In this document: positions 61,383-64,000 of the stretch, in pieces
Layout: every line of letters starts with the position of its first letter
How positions within the stretch are numbered: position 1 is the stretch's first letter
Source: Patescibacteria group bacterium
Lineage (GTDB): Bacteria > Patescibacteriota > Minisyncoccia > Phycocordibacterales > JAKAEA01
Length of the DNA stretch: 64,000 nucleotides
Assembly (NCBI GenBank): GCA_040387855.1
Contig: JAZKCY010000001.1
Location: forward strand, 718,922 to 782,921
Reading direction: 5' to 3'
Translations under genes and position numbers: made by a program
Notes under the pieces: model-generated
What the model was told of the DNA's origin: nothing
The model's database searches: none
Seen by the model: the letters and a program-made list of their open reading frames with translations, nothing else

Positions 61383-64000
61383 CTATGAAAACATATCACC
61401 CACTTTAGTAGATACAAATTCCCACACTGCAGACCAAACTGAAGCAAACATGCTTGATCCTCGTCTTAAGAAGGCTTCACTTCCACCACCACCACCACCG
61501 CCACCTTGATTTCCATCGCCCGGAGGAGCTTCTTCTCCTGCTCCATCACCTCCTCCATTACCTCCACCAGTTTGCTCTCCATCACCTTCTGGAGCTGGAT
61601 CTCCAATAAACATTCCAGCGCCTGCTCCAGGCCCAGCATTTGCTCCAATTCTATAGTGAAATACCGGAGTTACTGAAACTAATGGAGTAATAGACGTATT
61701 TGATTCTTGTCCGACAGCAGTTACTGAAGATCTATTAACGGAAATTAAAATCTCGTCTGAAATTGCAATATTTGATACAGAAAGTTTCAAAAAATAATCT
61801 TTAACTGAATCAGAGGTAAATTGATTATTAAATGTAATACTTCCTTCATTTCCACTAACCAAAACTTCTCCAGCTTCAGCAACAACTGGTTCATCCTCAT
61901 TTAAGACTCCATCACTATTTGTATCTTGAACAATTTCTGCTGCAGTTATATCGCTACCAATAAACCCACGTAAAGATACTAAATTAAAAATAAGTCTATT
62001 GATAGAAATATCTTCATCTGTAGGTAACAGCTGAAACCGGAATAATGGCGAGCCTGAAATCGACGATACTCCTATGAATTGATCGGAGATCTGACCAATT
62101 GTATGATTTAAAATGGTAAGACTTCCAATAACTAGTGGTGCCATAGTATGAATTGCATTCGCAACACTTCCTGTTGCTGAAATTGTACTTCCACTAACCA
62201 CACCACTTTGAAAGATCTTAGAATTTGTTAATCCGACAGTCATCGTGTCGTCTTCTACCAAGTTTGATACAGTCCCATAAAGTATATATCCAAGATTTGC
62301 AACAGGAAGAGTGCTTGTTGCAGTAAAGGCAATCGTACCAGTGGATCCACCTATAGAAATAGTTGGTGAATTAAATACCACTTGATCACCTGAAAACTTA
62401 CGATACACAACGACATTAGTTGAGAGAGTATCATAGGCGCCAGCGTACACAACATTTCTTATCGAATCATATGCAAGTGCTTGTACTGAAGTGAGCGCAC
62501 TATCATGGCTTATTACCCAATCCCCTGAGGCATCACAACCTGATGAAGTTTCACAACTATATATTACACCCGTTTCTCCCGTTGCTGCATACATCACATT
62601 GTTTACAGAATCGAATACCAGACTATTTATATTACTATTTGAAGTATCATAACTCGTTGTCCAATCCTCTGATGCGTCACAACTTGTTGACAGAGCACAA
62701 CGATAAATAATTCCACCAGTACCTGATCCTGCATACAGGATTCTATTTTCTGTATCTATAGACAATGTGTAAATATCTGACTCAGGTGAATCAAAACTTG
62801 TTGTCCATTCCAATGCAGCATCACATCCTGTTGATGTCTCGCAGCGATACACTAATCCATTACTTCCTGTACTTGCATAGATTATATTTGATACGCTATC
62901 AACCACAAAATCATAAATTGATGATTCCGTTGAATCATAACCACCGCCAAGTTGCCAATCTATCATTGCATCGCAACCTGTACTTGTATTACATCGAAGG
63001 ATATACCCCTGACTTCCAGTACCCGCATATAAAACTCCATTTGCCGCATCAAAACCAAAGCTGTAAATAGTACTATCAGCTGTATCGTAGCTTGTCGTCC
63101 AATCACCTGAAGCATCACAACTCGTTGATAGTGCACATCGATAAATAATCCCTCCCGTACCAGAACCTGCATAGAGAACATTGTTTGTCGTATCGATAAT
63201 TAAAGAGTTGATTGTTGATTCAGTTGAATCAAGACTCGTTGTCCAATCACCTGAAGCATCACAACCTGATGAAGCTACACATCTATAGATACGACCATTT
63301 GCACCTCCCGTATAGATAACTCTATTTCTTTCATCAAAAATTATAGTTTCAATAGTACTATCCGTAGTATTACTATAGCCAGTAGACCATGACGTTGCAG
63401 CTGAAATAGAACCGTCATTATTGAGGTCTGAATATACTACAAAATCCGTCATGTCTGAATCTGAAATACCTGAAACTGATGATAAATCAAACGTAAGTGT
63501 CGTTGACGCTCTTTCTCCCAAAGTGTTGAGATTGAATCTAAAAAATCGTGTTGTTGTTGCTGTAGAACCTGCTAAAAATTTATTTGTCACCTGACTGCTC
63601 GAATGACTGGAAAGGATACTACCTCCTATGAGGCTTACTGTTTGAGTATCACTTACATCTGAAGAACTATCTGTCGGTCCATCTGTGAATAACTTCAATG
63701 CCCCAGCACCTGAATATGCAACACCTGTAAAATTCGTATATGATAGGCCGGAAATGATTATAGTTTCAAGGGCAAAATTTGAAGTCACATCAATAACTAA
63801 AACACTTCCCCCACCTTCATAACTCACCGTAGTTGAAACTTTTGAAGATCCAGTACCTGAGATTGTTGCTGTAGTATCTGTAGTATCCCAAAGGTACGTA
63901 AATCCTGTTGTAGTTGCGATAGCAATTCGGATGTTATTGGTTGCTGTTAGTGCACTACCACCAACAAGCGTAATTGGCGAAATAGGAGTAGAAGCTTGCC
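61383..64000 (-). CDS. very large secreted/cell-surface protein with about 8 tandem 48-aa Cys-containing beta-propeller-like repeats and a Gly-rich C-terminal tail; the 5' end lies beyond the window
   Basis: The reading frame is open on the minus strand from 61383 to the window edge. The listed start at 63827 is a GTG with no upstream stop. The repeats have the form '(I/V)YRC.xS.GCDA..DWTTS.DS.ES.I.S...D..N..LYAG.G..G'. A Gly/Asp tail 'GGGNGGGDGAGEEAPPGDGNQGGGGGGGG' is followed by a hydrophobic C-terminus 'VWSAVWEFVSTKVGDMFS'. Confidence 0.75.
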   Translation of the reverse strand, partial: QASTPISPITLVGGSALTATNNIRIAIATTTGFTYLWDTTDTTATISGTGSSKVSTTVSYEGGGSVLVIDVTSNFALETIIISGLSYTNFTGVAYSGAGALKLFTDGPTDSSSDVSDTQTVSLIGGSILSSHSSSQVTNKFLAGSTATTTRFFRFNLNTLGERASTTLTFDLSSVSGISDSDMTDFVVYSDLNNDGSISAATSWSTGYSNTTDSTIETIIFDERNRVIYTGGANGRIYRCVASSGCDASGDWTTSLDSTESTINSLIIDTTNNVLYAGSGTGGIIYRCALSTSCDASGDWTTSYDTADSTIYSFGFDAANGVLYAGTGSQGYILRCNTSTGCDAMIDWQLGGGYDSTESSIYDFVVDSVSNIIYASTGSNGLVYRCETSTGCDAALEWTTSFDSPESDIYTLSIDTENRILYAGSGTGGIIYRCALSTSCDASEDWTTSYDTSNSNINSLVFDSVNNVMYAATGETGVIYSCETSSGCDASGDWVISHDSALTSVQALAYDSIRNVVYAGAYDTLSTNVVVYRKFSGDQVVFNSPTISIGGSTGTIAFTATSTLPVANLGYILYGTVSNLVEDDTMTVGLTNSKIFQSGVVSGSTISATGSVANAIHTMAPLVIGSLTILNHTIGQISDQFIGVSSISGSPLFRFQLLPTDEDISINRLIFNLVSLRGFIGSDITAAEIVQDTNSDGVLNEDEPVVAEAGEVLVSGNEGSITFNNQFTSDSVKDYFLKLSVSNIAISDEILISVNRSSVTAVGQESNTSITPLVSVTPVFHYRIGANAGPGAGAGMFIGDPAPEGDGEQTGGGNGGGDGAGEEAPPGDGNQGGGGGGGGSEAFLRRGSSMFASVWSAVWEFVSTKVGDMFS
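61460..61625. repeat. low-complexity GGN/GGT codon repeat (encoded poly-Gly tract)
   Basis: The + strand reads '...ccaccaccaccaccaccgccaccttg...' at about 61489-61511 and is GGx-rich on either side. It encodes the Gly-rich C-terminal tail. Confidence 0.6.
62420..63250. repeat. about 8 tandem ~144-bp intragenic repeats
   Basis: The protein repeat 'YRCxxSxGCDAxxDW...LYAGxGxxG' recurs about 8 times across this stretch of the 61383..64000 gene. Confidence 0.6.

Noticed and set aside
1-64000. Searched for CRISPR arrays, rRNA genes, integrase, recombinase or transposase genes, and inverted-repeat-bounded insertion sequences
   Set aside because: I found no regularly spaced direct repeats with unique spacers, no rRNA-like conserved blocks, and no tyrosine or serine recombinase or DDE transposase motifs in any listed ORF. 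The tRNA-adjacent high-GC inserts lack recognisable mobility genes.

Overview
This 64-kb window comes from a low-GC (about 35-40% by eye), gene-dense, streamlined genome that looks like Patescibacteria/CPR. The pointers are a short 499-aa IF-2, an array of TrbC/VirB2-like pilin paralogs, several very large repeat-rich secreted proteins, and few operon-internal gaps. Most of the window is housekeeping: a partial Clp ATPase, cysteine desulfurase, infB, rbfA, gyrA, rpsA, pth, lepB, rpsU, ybeY, ftsA, ftsZ, trxB, tsaD, valS, lepA, murJ, gatB, obg, gpmI and eno. It also holds 9 tRNA genes (Cys-GCA, Leu-TAA, Lys-CTT, Leu-TAG, Glu-TTC, Ser-CGA, Val-GAC, Phe-GAA, Arg-CCT) and an RNase P RNA that the ORF track cannot show. 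The accessory content is the interesting part. There are four discrete patches of clearly higher GC (about 50-58%). Two of them lie immediately 3' of a tRNA gene: 12.2-14.7 kb after tRNA-Leu(TAG) and 37.6-38.45 kb after tRNA-Val(GAC). The first is a self-contained module with a textbook sigma70 promoter, an SPFH/band-7 membrane protein, two small membrane proteins and its own terminator. Other notable items are a 5-gene array of TrbC/VirB2-like pilin paralogs co-oriented with an orphan solute-binding protein and a methyltransferase, a DCC-oxidoreductase/HTTM/Cys-His-repeat fusion protein, a catalytically degenerate HisRS paralog inside the lepB-rpsU-ybeY operon, and three giant tandem-repeat surface proteins. 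I found no CRISPR array, rRNA, integrase or transposase.
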